A stretch of DNA of 62,352 bases from Minisyncoccota bacterium (lineage in GTDB: Bacteria; Patescibacteriota; Minisyncoccia; Minisyncoccales; CG1-02-41-26), in contig JAQTPV010000001.1 in the NCBI GenBank assembly GCA_028712605.1, positions 1-62,352 on the forward strand, read 5' to 3'. Below, one piece after another: positions 8,397 to 17,500 of this stretch. The first letter of the stretch is position 1, and the number at the start of each line of letters is the position of its first letter. Below the pieces are notes generated by a model. It searched no databases. It was not told the DNA's origin and saw only the letters and a list, made by a program, of their open reading frames with translations. The position numbers and the translations under genes were made by a program.

Positions 8397-10145
8397 ATGA
8401 AAAAGATAAACATAACGATTGACGGCAAAAAGATAATAGCCGACGAAGGGCAAACGATTTTAGAGGTGGCCGCAGAAAATGGCATTCAGATACCCTCTTT
8501 ATGCTACCATCCCGATTTATCAGTAAAGGCTAACTGCCGAATCTGCATAGTTTCTGTAAAAGGCTTAACCTCCCCGCAAACCGCCTGTTCTACTAAGGTC
8601 CAAAAGGGCATGGAGATAACTACTGAATCGCCAGAGATTGCCAAACTAAGAAAAATCAATCTGGAGCTAATCTTTAGCCAGCATAAAGAAGAGTGCGCCG
8701 ATTGTGTTTGGAATTTTAATTGCCAATTGTTAGAGCTATCTAAAAAATACAAATTGCAGATTACGCGCTTTTCTGATCGCAAAAGCGGCTTTCCAATCTA
8801 CAACTTTGGCCCCGCCTTACAATTTGACTCCTCAAAATGTATTGACTGCCGCAACTGTGTAGAGGTTTGCCATAAGCAGCAAGTGGGCCATCTACAAATT
8901 GTTTCCAAAAACAACCTGCAAGAGATTATACCCAACGACAAAAATCCTTGTATTTTTTGCGGACAATGTATCATTCACTGCCCAGCTGGTGCTTTTGAGG
9001 GTGTGGGCGAGTTTGAAGAAATTGAAACCCCCTTGGCTGATAAAAACAAGGTGGTAGTTTTCCAATTCGCCCCGGCTATTAGAACTACCATCGGCGAAGA
9101 GTTTAATTTACCTCCTGGAGAAGACTTAACTGGTCAGATTGTAGCGGGCTTAAAACAATTGGGTGCTAACTATGTTTTTGATGTTTCCTGTGGCGCTGAT
9201 TTTACCACTCTGGAAGAGGCCACCGAATCCTTAGAAAGAATAAGAAAAAATGAAAATTTGCCGCTGTTTTCTAGTTGCTGCCCAGCCTGGGTTAGGTTTA
9301 TAGAAGTTTATTACCCTCAATTAATCCCCCACCTTACTACTGCCCGCTCACCGCATGTTATTTTAGGGAGCATTTTAAAAAGTTATTGGGCCACAAAGTA
9401 TCAAATTGACCCTGTAAATTTAGTGGTTGTTTCCATAATGCCTTGCGTGGCTAAAAAATATGAGATAACGAGAGATGAACTAAGAATCCACCCTACGGAG
9501 TCAATTGCAGCCAATGCCCCGACTTTATTTGGGGAAGCGGACAGGATCCCTCCTGTTGATTATGTCCTAACCACCAGGGAGCTGGCTAAACTTTTCAAGA
9601 AACATAAAATTGATTTAACGAAAATAGACCCTACCCCAGCAGATGACCCCTTTGGTAACTATTCTGGAGCTGGCGTGATCTATGGAGCCTCGGGAGGCGT
9701 CATGGAGTCGGCCTTAAGGACAGCTTTTAGCCTCGTTTCTGGTGGCCAAAAAATACAAATAGAGTTCCAAGAGGTCCGGGGACAAAAAGGCCTGAAAACT
9801 GCTCAAGTTGACCTTAACGGCAAAAAGATCAAGGTGGCCGTGGCCAACGGCTTAGAAAATGCCGTAAAAATTATTCAGGGCTTAAATAAAGAATATAAAG
9901 ATTATGCCTGCATTGAAGTTATGGCGTGTCCTGGCGGCTGCATTGGCGGCGGAGGACAGCCCTTACCAACTAACGCTTCCGTCAGAAAAGCCAGGGCTGA
10001 AGGATTATATAAAATTGATGAAAAGAAAGAACTAAAAATGGCACACGAAAATCCAGCCCTAAAAAAAGTCCACGAAGAATTTTTAACAACCGAAGAAATA
10101 AAGCAAAAAATCTGCCATACTTATTATTCAGCAAAAAATAATTAA
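8397..10145 (+). CDS. hydA: [FeFe]-hydrogenase catalytic subunit (M3-type domain layout)
   Basis: N-terminal 2Fe-2S ferredoxin-like Cys pattern. His-ligated cluster HKEECADCVWNFNC. Two 4Fe-4S motifs (CIDCRNCVEVC, CIFCGQCIIHCP). H-cluster signatures SSCCPAW (L1), MPCVAKKYE (L2) and EVMACPGGCIGGGGQP (L3). Confidence 0.95.
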   Translation: MKKINITIDGKKIIADEGQTILEVAAENGIQIPSLCYHPDLSVKANCRICIVSVKGLTSPQTACSTKVQKGMEITTESPEIAKLRKINLELIFSQHKEECADCVWNFNCQLLELSKKYKLQITRFSDRKSGFPIYNFGPALQFDSSKCIDCRNCVEVCHKQQVGHLQIVSKNNLQEIIPNDKNPCIFCGQCIIHCPAGAFEGVGEFEEIETPLADKNKVVVFQFAPAIRTTIGEEFNLPPGEDLTGQIVAGLKQLGANYVFDVSCGADFTTLEEATESLERIRKNENLPLFSSCCPAWVRFIEVYYPQLIPHLTTARSPHVILGSILKSYWATKYQIDPVNLVVVSIMPCVAKKYEITRDELRIHPTESIAANAPTLFGEADRIPPVDYVLTTRELAKLFKKHKIDLTKIDPTPADDPFGNYSGAGVIYGASGGVMESALRTAFSLVSGGQKIQIEFQEVRGQKGLKTAQVDLNGKKIKVAVANGLENAVKIIQGLNKEYKDYACIEVMACPGGCIGGGGQPLPTNASVRKARAEGLYKIDEKKELKMAHENPALKKVHEEFLTTEEIKQKICHTYYSAKNN

Positions 10146-10148
10146 ACT

Positions 10149-10664
10149 ATGCAAACAAAAATCATCGCTCTCAACAGATATCAAATTCTGTCTTTGGCTA
10201 AATTTGGGACGCTATTGGGTGTTGCCATTATCGCCCCACTTCTGCACCAACAGTTAATTACTGGCACAATAGTTAATGCCGTTCTATTCGCCAGCACCAT
10301 ATTTTTAGGCTGGCCGGCGGCGGTGACTATCGGCGTCTTACCATCATTATTCGCCTTGGCTTTTGGCACTCTGCCACAACCATTAGCTCTAATGATTCCT
10401 TTTATAGTGGCAAGCAACGCCATTTTAGTGATCTCTTTTTACTTTTTGAAAAGCAAAGGCTTCTGGTTGGCTGTCCTTGCTGCTGCCTTTCTCAAATTTC
10501 TGTTTCTCCTAGCCGCCAGTCAGTTAATTATAAAAATTGCTTTAAACGGCCCAATAGCTAAAAGCATCGCCCAAATGATGTCCCTACCACAATTAATCAC
10601 CGCCTTATTGGGAGGCGTTCTGGTTTATTGTGCCTTAAGGCTATCTAAAAGACCCATTGCTTAA
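10149..10664 (+). CDS. Hypothetical integral membrane protein, probably co-transcribed with hydA
   Basis: 171 aa with about 5 hydrophobic helices. It starts 4 nt after the hydA stop. No family recognised with confidence. Confidence 0.5.
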   Translation: MQTKIIALNRYQILSLAKFGTLLGVAIIAPLLHQQLITGTIVNAVLFASTIFLGWPAAVTIGVLPSLFALAFGTLPQPLALMIPFIVASNAILVISFYFLKSKGFWLAVLAAAFLKFLFLLAASQLIIKIALNGPIAKSIAQMMSLPQLITALLGGVLVYCALRLSKRPIA

Positions 10665-10688
10665 ATATATAGCAAATAAATTCTTGGC

Positions 10689-10715
10689 GGCTGACTGCAG
10701 TCAGCCAGTGTTTTT
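10689..10715 (+). terminator. Intrinsic terminator of the hydrogenase operon
   Basis: GGCTGAC-TGCA-GTCAGCC followed by AGTGTTTTT. Confidence 0.6.
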
Positions 10716-10779
10716 ATATTGCCTTACTACCTAAAAAATGCTAAATTGGAGAGTAAATATAAGGTTAAAATTCAAAATT

Positions 10780-12390
10780 ATGCAAAAAAGATATCTCATT
10801 ATAATCATCGTGCTTTTAGTAATTATCATAGGCGGAAGTATCGCTTTAAACAAAGGGGGGCAAAAACCAACCTATGACTTTATTGTCGTTAAAAAACAAA
10901 ATTTGGTACAAGAGGTCAGTGTGACGGGCAAGGTAAGGCCGGCTGAAAATGTTCAGTTAACATTTGAAAAAGGCGGCAGGGTAATCCATATTTTCAAACA
11001 AATCGGCGATCCGGTCAAGATAGGAGACCCCTTAGTAGAACTAGAAAATTATGACCTCAAGGCTCAATTGGCCCAAGCCCAAGCTGCAGCTGACCTACAA
11101 TCAGCCAATTTAGCTGAACTAAAAAAAGGTACTAGGATAGAAGAGTTGCAGGTCGCTCAAACTAAAGTGGATAATGCCCAGAAAAATTTAGAAACTGTAA
11201 AATTTAAGGCTCAAACCGATTTGGCTAATCTTTACGATGATGTAAAGGACACGTTAAATGAAGCCTTTATCAAAGCCGATGATGCTGTTAATAAACAAAC
11301 AGCCGAGCTGTTTACTGATCCAACCACTAACAACCCAAAAATAAGATTTGCCGTTTCCAATGTCCAAATTAAAAACGATACGGAATGGCAAAGGGTGCTC
11401 GCCAGAAATACCCTACAAACCTTCCAAACCGAATTAGCCAACCTCTCCCCAACCAATTACCAGCAACTAGATGACGAATTAGTTAAAGCTGATGGATATT
11501 TAGACATTATTAAGGATTACCTCAATAAAACTAACGACTCTCTGATATTTTCTCTAGGTGTGGAGCAAACGACTCTCACAGCCTATCAGGGGTATGTCAA
11601 TACCAGCCGGACTAACGTCAACACAGTAGCTGCAAGCGTCAATAGCCAAAAACAGTCAATTGCCGCCCAAAAGGCTACCAACCAACAGAACATTGATACC
11701 GCCCAAAGCACTCTGGATTCAGCCCAAAAAGAACTAATTTTAAAGCAGGCGCCGGCCACGCCAGAACAGTTATCCGCACAGGAAGCCCAGCTGCAACAAG
11801 CCCAAGCCAATGTAGAAAACATCCGGGCTCAAATAGCCAAAAGCATACTAAGGTCCCCCATCAATGGCGTGGTGGCTAAAATGGAGGCTAAACTGGGCGA
11901 AGTGGCTAATGCCCAAAGCTTAGTGGCTGAAGTTATTTCTCAAGCTAAATTTCAAGTGGAAGTTAATATACCCGAGGCTGATATCGCCAAAGTGGAAGTT
12001 AATAATCCAGCGAAAATCACCTTGGATGCCTATGGCAGTGATGTAATTTTTGAAGCGACTGTAGTCAAGATTGAACCATCGGCCACTATTGTTGAGGGAA
12101 TACCAACCTATAAAACCACCCTGCAATTTAAGGATGACAGTGACAAAATAAAATCCGGCATGACTGCCAATCTGGATATATTAACAGCCAATAAGGAAAA
12201 TGTTATAGCTGTGCCCTATCGAGCCGTCATTGATCAAAATGGAGAAAAGTTTGTAAAAATATTAAAGGATAAAAACGTCGTTGAAGAAAGGGCTGTTTCT
12301 ATCGGCCTAAGAGGTTCTGATGGAAACATTGAAATATTAGAAGGATTGAGTGAAGGAGAAAAAGTAATAACTTTTGACAGAAGCAAATAA
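10780..12390 (+). CDS. HlyD/MacA-family periplasmic adaptor with a very long coiled-coil insert
   Basis: N-terminal TM helix. Barrel-sandwich segment (VSVTGKVRPAENVQLTFEKGGRV...GDPLVELE). Q/A-rich coiled coil. C-terminal beta-barrel (IAVPYRAV...). Followed by an ABC ATPase and an FtsX permease. Start moved to the Met at 10780. Confidence 0.85.
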   Translation: MQKRYLIIIIVLLVIIIGGSIALNKGGQKPTYDFIVVKKQNLVQEVSVTGKVRPAENVQLTFEKGGRVIHIFKQIGDPVKIGDPLVELENYDLKAQLAQAQAAADLQSANLAELKKGTRIEELQVAQTKVDNAQKNLETVKFKAQTDLANLYDDVKDTLNEAFIKADDAVNKQTAELFTDPTTNNPKIRFAVSNVQIKNDTEWQRVLARNTLQTFQTELANLSPTNYQQLDDELVKADGYLDIIKDYLNKTNDSLIFSLGVEQTTLTAYQGYVNTSRTNVNTVAASVNSQKQSIAAQKATNQQNIDTAQSTLDSAQKELILKQAPATPEQLSAQEAQLQQAQANVENIRAQIAKSILRSPINGVVAKMEAKLGEVANAQSLVAEVISQAKFQVEVNIPEADIAKVEVNNPAKITLDAYGSDVIFEATVVKIEPSATIVEGIPTYKTTLQFKDDSDKIKSGMTANLDILTANKENVIAVPYRAVIDQNGEKFVKILKDKNVVEERAVSIGLRGSDGNIEILEGLSEGEKVITFDRSK

Positions 12391-13115
12391 TGGAAAATCT
12401 ACTAATAGAAGTTAAAAATTTAGAAAAAACATATCTTGATGGAGAAACGCAAACCCGCGCCCTAAGCGGCGTGTCTTTTAATATCAAAGAGGGTGAATTT
12501 GTGGCTGTAATGGGACCCTCTGGATCAGGCAAGTCAACCCTTTTGCATATTTTAGGGTTTTTGGATGATTACACTAAAGGAACTTACTATTTTGACGGTA
12601 AGGATGCAAGTAAATATTCTCAACAAGAAATAGCCAGGGTTAGGAATAAAAAAATGGGATTTATATTCCAAGCGTTTAACCTGCTACCCAGAACAACGGT
12701 GCTTGAAAATGTAAAGCTCCCTCTCTTGTATTCGGGGACAAAAGAGTTTCTTTGGAATAAAACGGCCGAGGAAGCGATAGGACAGGTTGGACTTTCTCAT
12801 AGGATAAACCATGAGACATCCCAGCTTTCAGGAGGAGAAAAGCAAAGGGTGGCTATCGCTCGGGCTTTAGTAAACGAACCGCCGGTTATTTTTGCTGACG
12901 AACCGACAGGGAACCTAGACTCAAAATCGGGTAGTCAAGTCATGGAAATTATAGAAAAATTAAATAATGAAGGACATACAATAATTCTCATAACCCATGA
13001 AACTTATACGGCTGAATATGCCCAAAGAATTATCAAATTAAAGGACGGATTAATTGAAAGTGACGACCAGGTAACTCAAAGAAGGAGAAACGCCTTAAAC
13101 AGCTTCAATAAATAA
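12390..13115 (+). CDS. ABC transporter ATP-binding protein (MacB/LolD type)
   Basis: Walker [10 protein letters not shown], signature [15 protein letters not shown], Walker [13 protein letters not shown]. Confidence 0.95.
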   Translation: MENLLIEVKNLEKTYLDGETQTRALSGVSFNIKEGEFVAVMGPSGSGKSTLLHILGFLDDYTKGTYYFDGKDASKYSQQEIARVRNKKMGFIFQAFNLLPRTTVLENVKLPLLYSGTKEFLWNKTAEEAIGQVGLSHRINHETSQLSGGEKQRVAIARALVNEPPVIFADEPTGNLDSKSGSQVMEIIEKLNNEGHTIILITHETYTAEYAQRIIKLKDGLIESDDQVTQRRRNALNSFNK

Positions 13116-13118
13116 TTT

Positions 13119-14357
13119 ATGACTTTTAAGAATAGCTTCAAAACAGCCATAAGGGGGCTGCAGACAAACGGATCACGCTCTGCATTAACTATTTTGGGAA
13201 TTGTTATAGGCATCACAGCCATAATTTTAATTATGTCGCTAGGCCAGGGCGCTCAAGATCTTATTCTGAATCAAGTCAAAGGGCTGGGCTCAAACACAAT
13301 CATTATAGAACCAGGCAGGGAGCCCCAAGGTCCATCTGATTTTTCTTCCATATTTACCGATTCTTTAAAAGACCGCGAGCTAAAAGCCTTGCAAATGAAA
13401 TCCAATGTACCCGGCCTACTTGATATTACTCCTGTGGTAGTGTCCAATAACAATGTATCTTTTGAAAATGAAGTAAAAACCTTTAATATAGTGGGATGCT
13501 CCGAATTAATGGCTAAAATAACAGGTGTTTATCCCCAAGAAGGAGATTTTTACACTCAAGAGCAAATTCAGCAGATAGCCCAAGTAGCCGTGATCGGCTT
13601 TGAAGTTAAAGACAACCTATTTGGAGATTCAAGCGCCCTAAATAAAGAAATCCGAATTAAAAATAAAATTTTTAAAGTTATAGGCATTTTACCGCAGAAA
13701 GGTACTGTTGGCCTATTTAATGTTGACAAAGCGGTATTTATCCCCTATACGACCGCCCAGAAATACCTCTCTGGGACCAATTACTACAATGAGTTCATTG
13801 CCAGGGCCGTTGATGAAAAATCTGTGCTCTATACGGTGCAGGATATTAAAGTTACCTTAAGGGAGCTGCATAATATCTCCGACCCCGAAAAAGATGATTT
13901 TCATATTGTCACCCAAGAGGATATTGCCCAAAGAGTGGGTACGGTAACATCAATCTTAACAGTATTTTTGGCAGCAATTGCGGCCATATCGCTGGTGGTT
14001 GGAGGAATTGGCATTATGAATATTATGCTGGTGTCAGTAACCGAAAGAACAAGAGAGATTGGGCTAAGGAAGGCCTTAGGGGCAACCGATAAAAACATTC
14101 TAACGCAATTCCTTTTGGAATCTGTTTTGCTAACCAGCATCGGAGGGCTGGTTGGAATTTTGCTAGGTTCATTTTTCTCTTTTTTATCGGCAATCATACT
14201 TACCCAGGTTGTTGGCTCTAATTGGGTATTCACTGTTTCTATTAATGCTATCTTACTTGGCTTGGGCGTTTCAGCTTTTGTGGGCTTAGTTTTTGGCCTT
14301 TATCCTGCTCGGTCCGCCTCCCGAAAGTCCCCCATGGAAGCCCTAAGATACGAGTAA
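13119..14357 (+). CDS. ABC transporter permease, FtsX/MacB family
   Basis: N-terminal TM helix, large extracytoplasmic MacB_PCD-like domain, and a C-terminal FtsX 3-TM bundle (GIMNIMLVSVTERTREIGLRKALGA). Confidence 0.9.
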   Translation: MTFKNSFKTAIRGLQTNGSRSALTILGIVIGITAIILIMSLGQGAQDLILNQVKGLGSNTIIIEPGREPQGPSDFSSIFTDSLKDRELKALQMKSNVPGLLDITPVVVSNNNVSFENEVKTFNIVGCSELMAKITGVYPQEGDFYTQEQIQQIAQVAVIGFEVKDNLFGDSSALNKEIRIKNKIFKVIGILPQKGTVGLFNVDKAVFIPYTTAQKYLSGTNYYNEFIARAVDEKSVLYTVQDIKVTLRELHNISDPEKDDFHIVTQEDIAQRVGTVTSILTVFLAAIAAISLVVGGIGIMNIMLVSVTERTREIGLRKALGATDKNILTQFLLESVLLTSIGGLVGILLGSFFSFLSAIILTQVVGSNWVFTVSINAILLGLGVSAFVGLVFGLYPARSASRKSPMEALRYE

Positions 14358-14365
14358 AAATGGGT

Positions 14366-14395
14366 TTGACAGCAATCAAATGAAAGGAGTACAAT
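14366..14395 (+). promoter_or_regulatory. Sigma70-like promoter candidate (TTGACA-18-TACAAT)
   Basis: TTGACA at 14366-14371 and TACAAT at 14390-14395. It lies just after the permease stop. The TACAAT box sits in the SD-ATG spacer of the mini-ORF below, so the two readings compete. Confidence 0.3.
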
Positions 14396-14396
14396 A

Positions 14397-14480
14397 ATGT
14401 TGGCCCTGTCTCTTCAAGTTGGGAGAATAACTTTTTATCAGGGAGTCTGCTTTTTGCTAAACCTGTGGGTTCAGCAATAG
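14397..14480 (+). other. 27-codon hydrophobic mini-ORF embedded in a long stem structure (peptide versus sRNA unresolved)
   Basis: AAAGGAG lies 7 nt upstream of the ATG. The peptide is MLALSLQVGRITFYQGVCFLLNLWVQQ. The flanks CCTGTCTC..AAGTTGG (14405-14422) pair with CCAACTT..GAGGCAGG (14503-14520) and are followed by CTTTTGTTTT. Confidence 0.25.
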
Positions 14481-14534
14481 GACACCCACTTGGATTTAAG
14501 TTCCAACTTAGTGAGGCAGGACTTTTGTTTTAAC

Positions 14535-14565
14535 AAAAAACCCTAAACCAGATAATGATTTAGGG
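14535..14565 (-). terminator. Intrinsic terminator of the kinase-like gene
   Basis: Minus strand: CCCTAAA-tcattatctgg-TTTAGGG followed by TTTTTT. Confidence 0.6.
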
Positions 14566-14580
14566 AAAGTAAACTCTTCC

Positions 14581-15654
14581 TTAAATATTCAACACTTTAA
14601 CTAATTGCTTAATAAGTGAAACGATAATCGGGGGAGGCATTAAACTGTAAGACGGCGCCCCCTCGTCGTCGTTAATCTGCCAAGGTTTTTCCTTAATTTT
14701 CACAATGCCATTAGCATCTTTTTCATAAACATATTCGGGAGTAATCTCATAATCATCCACATATTCATTGGCCTTATCAATAGGCACAGAATTTCTTAAC
14801 AAAACCTTAGGTATACCATGTAAATTGAAGGCTTGCTTAACCAAATCCTCGTCTGTTTGCAATCTGTCCTTAATCGGCCCAATGCCCAATTCATCACCCT
14901 CTTTAGATACCATACGGTGCTCTCCAGCACAAGTTGAATTGTCGCACATCAAATAAAAGCTGCTTTTCTCTTCATCCCAGCCGGCTTTTTTAGTAGGTAA
15001 AAGTTTCGTGTTTCTGGAGCTTTGGCAGGCCGGACAAACCACTCTGTATTTAATACGTTCGTCAATAACCGACTCGGGAACATCAATTAAAACAAAAACG
15101 TCTGGATCGTCTCTGTAGCCCACCAAATCCCGAAAGAATAAGGAGTAAGATACTTGATCTAAGGTCCGAGGGAAACCATCAATAAAAATCGCCATCTTTT
15201 TCATTTTAGCAATCTGCATTTTAACCACTGCCAAGATTAATTCAGAGGGCAGAAGGAATTGAGTACTCCTGGATCTCAAGGCTTCAATAATCTCCGGTAA
15301 AGAAATAAAGCCCCGATAAACCTTAGATAGCTCCTTTTCCCATTCCTTTCTTTTAAGATCATCTCTGACAATTTCATCTAAAGACCTGATCATGTCACCA
15401 ATAGAAAGATGCATAATCCGGTCAGGGGCTACGATTTCTTGAAGCATTTTAGCGTAAGTACCCTTGCCCGAATTCTTTTTACCTAAAAGATAGGCAATAA
15501 AAGTATTATCTTTTAAATAATCTCTTAAACGCTTGATTTCGTCGCCAGCTTTTAGCTCAAAATACTGTTTTCTTTGCCCTGCGTCAGTTAAATCAAATTT
15601 CTGGTTGACGCCTGCAATTTTTGTTTTAAATAAAGGAAATTGTATGTTCCGCAT
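14581..15654 (-). CDS. Atypical long adenylate-kinase-family protein (NMP kinase core with extra N- and C-terminal regions)
   Basis: P-loop GKKNSGKGT, IDGFPRTLDQ (the adenylate kinase DGFPR motif) and a Zn-LID-like CPAC...C-x4-C. At about 357 aa it is roughly twice normal Adk length. Start moved to MRNIQ at 15654. Confidence 0.7.
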   Translation of the reverse strand: MRNIQFPLFKTKIAGVNQKFDLTDAGQRKQYFELKAGDEIKRLRDYLKDNTFIAYLLGKKNSGKGTYAKMLQEIVAPDRIMHLSIGDMIRSLDEIVRDDLKRKEWEKELSKVYRGFISLPEIIEALRSRSTQFLLPSELILAVVKMQIAKMKKMAIFIDGFPRTLDQVSYSLFFRDLVGYRDDPDVFVLIDVPESVIDERIKYRVVCPACQSSRNTKLLPTKKAGWDEEKSSFYLMCDNSTCAGEHRMVSKEGDELGIGPIKDRLQTDEDLVKQAFNLHGIPKVLLRNSVPIDKANEYVDDYEITPEYVYEKDANGIVKIKEKPWQINDDEGAPSYSLMPPPIIVSLIKQLVKVLNI

Positions 15655-15658
15655 ATTT

Positions 15659-16519
15659 CTAAAAATGAAGGTTACTGCCGTCAGCAGTAACAATTATATC
15701 CCCACGCAGATCAGTTCTCAATACATTTATACCAAATTCTAATAGGTTCTGCAAGACTGTTTGATCGGGATGGCCGTATAAATTATTCCTCCCGCAGGAA
15801 ATCACCGCTACCTGCGGTTTAACGTTAGCCAAAAAATCAAGGCTGGTTGAAGTGCGGCTGCCATGATGGGCTACTTTTAATAATTGGGTATCTAAATCCG
15901 TGTCAGTGGATATGACGGCCTGCTCTGCTTTCTCTGGCGCATCTCCCGTTAACAAAAAAGAATTGCGACCATAAATGAACCTTAAGATAACCGAGGAAAC
16001 ATTGCTGTCTTTTTCAAATAGCTGGCCCTGTAAGCTATTCAGCGGATTTAAAACCATACCCCAAAGCATTCCAGCTTTTAGCTGTTCGCCAGCTTGAGCA
16101 ATAATAACCTTGGCCTTTTCCTTCTTGAGTGCCTCCTCCCATTCGCGGAACACAGCAGTATCCCTTTTAATGCCATTCCACAAGACGTTGGCTACCTGAT
16201 AGTTAGCTAAAACCTTATTAAGGCCAGAGAGGTGATCATATTCTGGATGGGTCAGCACTACCAGGTCCAAACTTTTATCCCAAAAAGGCATCACTTTAGC
16301 TAATTTATCTAAAACCCGCTCCCCGGGTCCGCCATCAATTAAAATCTGATGGCCTTGGGGGGTTACAACAAAGATACTATCCCCTTCCCCAACATCAAAA
16401 AAGATAATTTTTAAGTTACCGTCTAAAGAAAAAATAAACTGCCAAACATAGGCATTCGCCAAAACCAAAAGAAAAATACAGAACAAACAGATTTTAGCAC
16501 CATTATTTTCCCAGTCCAT
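15659..16519 (-). CDS. ComEC/Rec2-related metallo-beta-lactamase domain protein (MBL domain only, one N-terminal TM helix)
   Basis: VGEGDSIF, HPEYDHLSGL (HxHxDH-type variant), VAHHGS, YGHP. Confidence 0.8.
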   Translation of the reverse strand: MDWENNGAKICLFCIFLLVLANAYVWQFIFSLDGNLKIIFFDVGEGDSIFVVTPQGHQILIDGGPGERVLDKLAKVMPFWDKSLDLVVLTHPEYDHLSGLNKVLANYQVANVLWNGIKRDTAVFREWEEALKKEKAKVIIAQAGEQLKAGMLWGMVLNPLNSLQGQLFEKDSNVSSVILRFIYGRNSFLLTGDAPEKAEQAVISTDTDLDTQLLKVAHHGSRTSTSLDFLANVKPQVAVISCGRNNLYGHPDQTVLQNLLEFGINVLRTDLRGDIIVTADGSNLHF

Positions 16520-16712
16520 TTAATTCTTCCAATAATTTTTTCTCGTTAAGGCCGTACATTTTGCAAACATCGCCTATTTTTAAACTGGAAAGCTCAAACT
16601 GCGCCATTGGACAAGTCAAACAAGGTACCCTGTACTTAGCTAAAATCACCTCCGCCCCCGGTAGGCCGATAATTTTTTCTAAGGTTGTAGTTTCAGTAAT
16701 TTTTTTATCCAT
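16503..16712 (-). CDS. DUF1858 / hybrid-cluster-associated redox disulfide-type small protein
   Basis: 69 aa. The VPCLTCPMAQFELSSL...LLEELN pattern matches the family (GLHCLGCPMA...). Confidence 0.7.
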   Translation of the reverse strand: MDKKITETTTLEKIIGLPGAEVILAKYRVPCLTCPMAQFELSSLKIGDVCKMYGLNEKKLLEELNGLGK

Positions 16713-16717
16713 ATCTT

Positions 16718-17482
16718 TTAACCAGCCAGCCAGCCGCCATCAACAATCACCACCGAACCAGTCATATAGGAAGAGGCGTCAGCGGCCAAAAAGACTACGG
16801 CATTGGAAACTTCCTCGGGCTTGCCAGCTCTGCGCAAAGGGATTCTAGCAAAAGTAGCTTCCTTGGTTTTTTCATCTTGCTGATCAAGGCCAGCCATCGG
16901 GGTATCAATTGCACCTGGGGCAATAGTGTTTACTCTAATGCCCAACGGGGCTAATTCCAAAGACATGGCTTCAGCCATGGCCACAATGCCGCCCTTGGAA
17001 GCACAGTAATGCACAATACCATTAAAACCCACACCCACCTGACCCATGGCAATAGAGGCCACATTAACAATAACGCCTGACTTTTGTTTGGCCATTTCTT
17101 GGGCGGCTGCTTGGCTACACAAAAAATAGCCCCCTAAATTAACCTTAATCAGTTTGTCCCAATCCTGCTCGGTTAATTCCAAGAAAGGCTTCCATTGCAA
17201 CATACCGGCATTGTTTACTAAAATATCCAACCGGCCGTATTCAGTCATAGCCTTTTTTATCAAGCCATCAACCTGCTCTTTTTGGGAGATATCGCATTGA
17301 CAGGCAATAGCTGTACCGCCCAAAGCCTTAATCTCTTCTACAACCTTTTGGCAATCATCGCCCGAGATATCAGAAACCACTACTTTAACTCCCTGTTCGG
17401 CTAACTTTAAAGCGTGGGTTCTACCCATTCCTCTTCTCGCTCCGGTTACAATAGCTACTTTATCTTTTAGATCTTCGTACAT
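16718..17482 (-). CDS. SDR-family oxidoreductase (FabG-like)
   Basis: TGARRGMGR cofactor motif, NNAG, and the catalytic YCASKGG. Confidence 0.9.
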   Translation of the reverse strand: MYEDLKDKVAIVTGARRGMGRTHALKLAEQGVKVVVSDISGDDCQKVVEEIKALGGTAIACQCDISQKEQVDGLIKKAMTEYGRLDILVNNAGMLQWKPFLELTEQDWDKLIKVNLGGYFLCSQAAAQEMAKQKSGVIVNVASIAMGQVGVGFNGIVHYCASKGGIVAMAEAMSLELAPLGIRVNTIAPGAIDTPMAGLDQQDEKTKEATFARIPLRRAGKPEEVSNAVVFLAADASSYMTGSVVIVDGGWLAG

Positions 17483-17500
17483 ATTTTTTAAAATTAAAAT

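Noticed and set aside
14400-14531. Possible SRP (4.5S) RNA
   Set aside because: The long terminal helix looked SRP-like. However, I could not find the domain IV pattern: a GNAR tetraloop with conserved flanking GGAA/AGCA internal loops in the proper arrangement. Only an isolated CAGCA inside a 13-nt loop is present.
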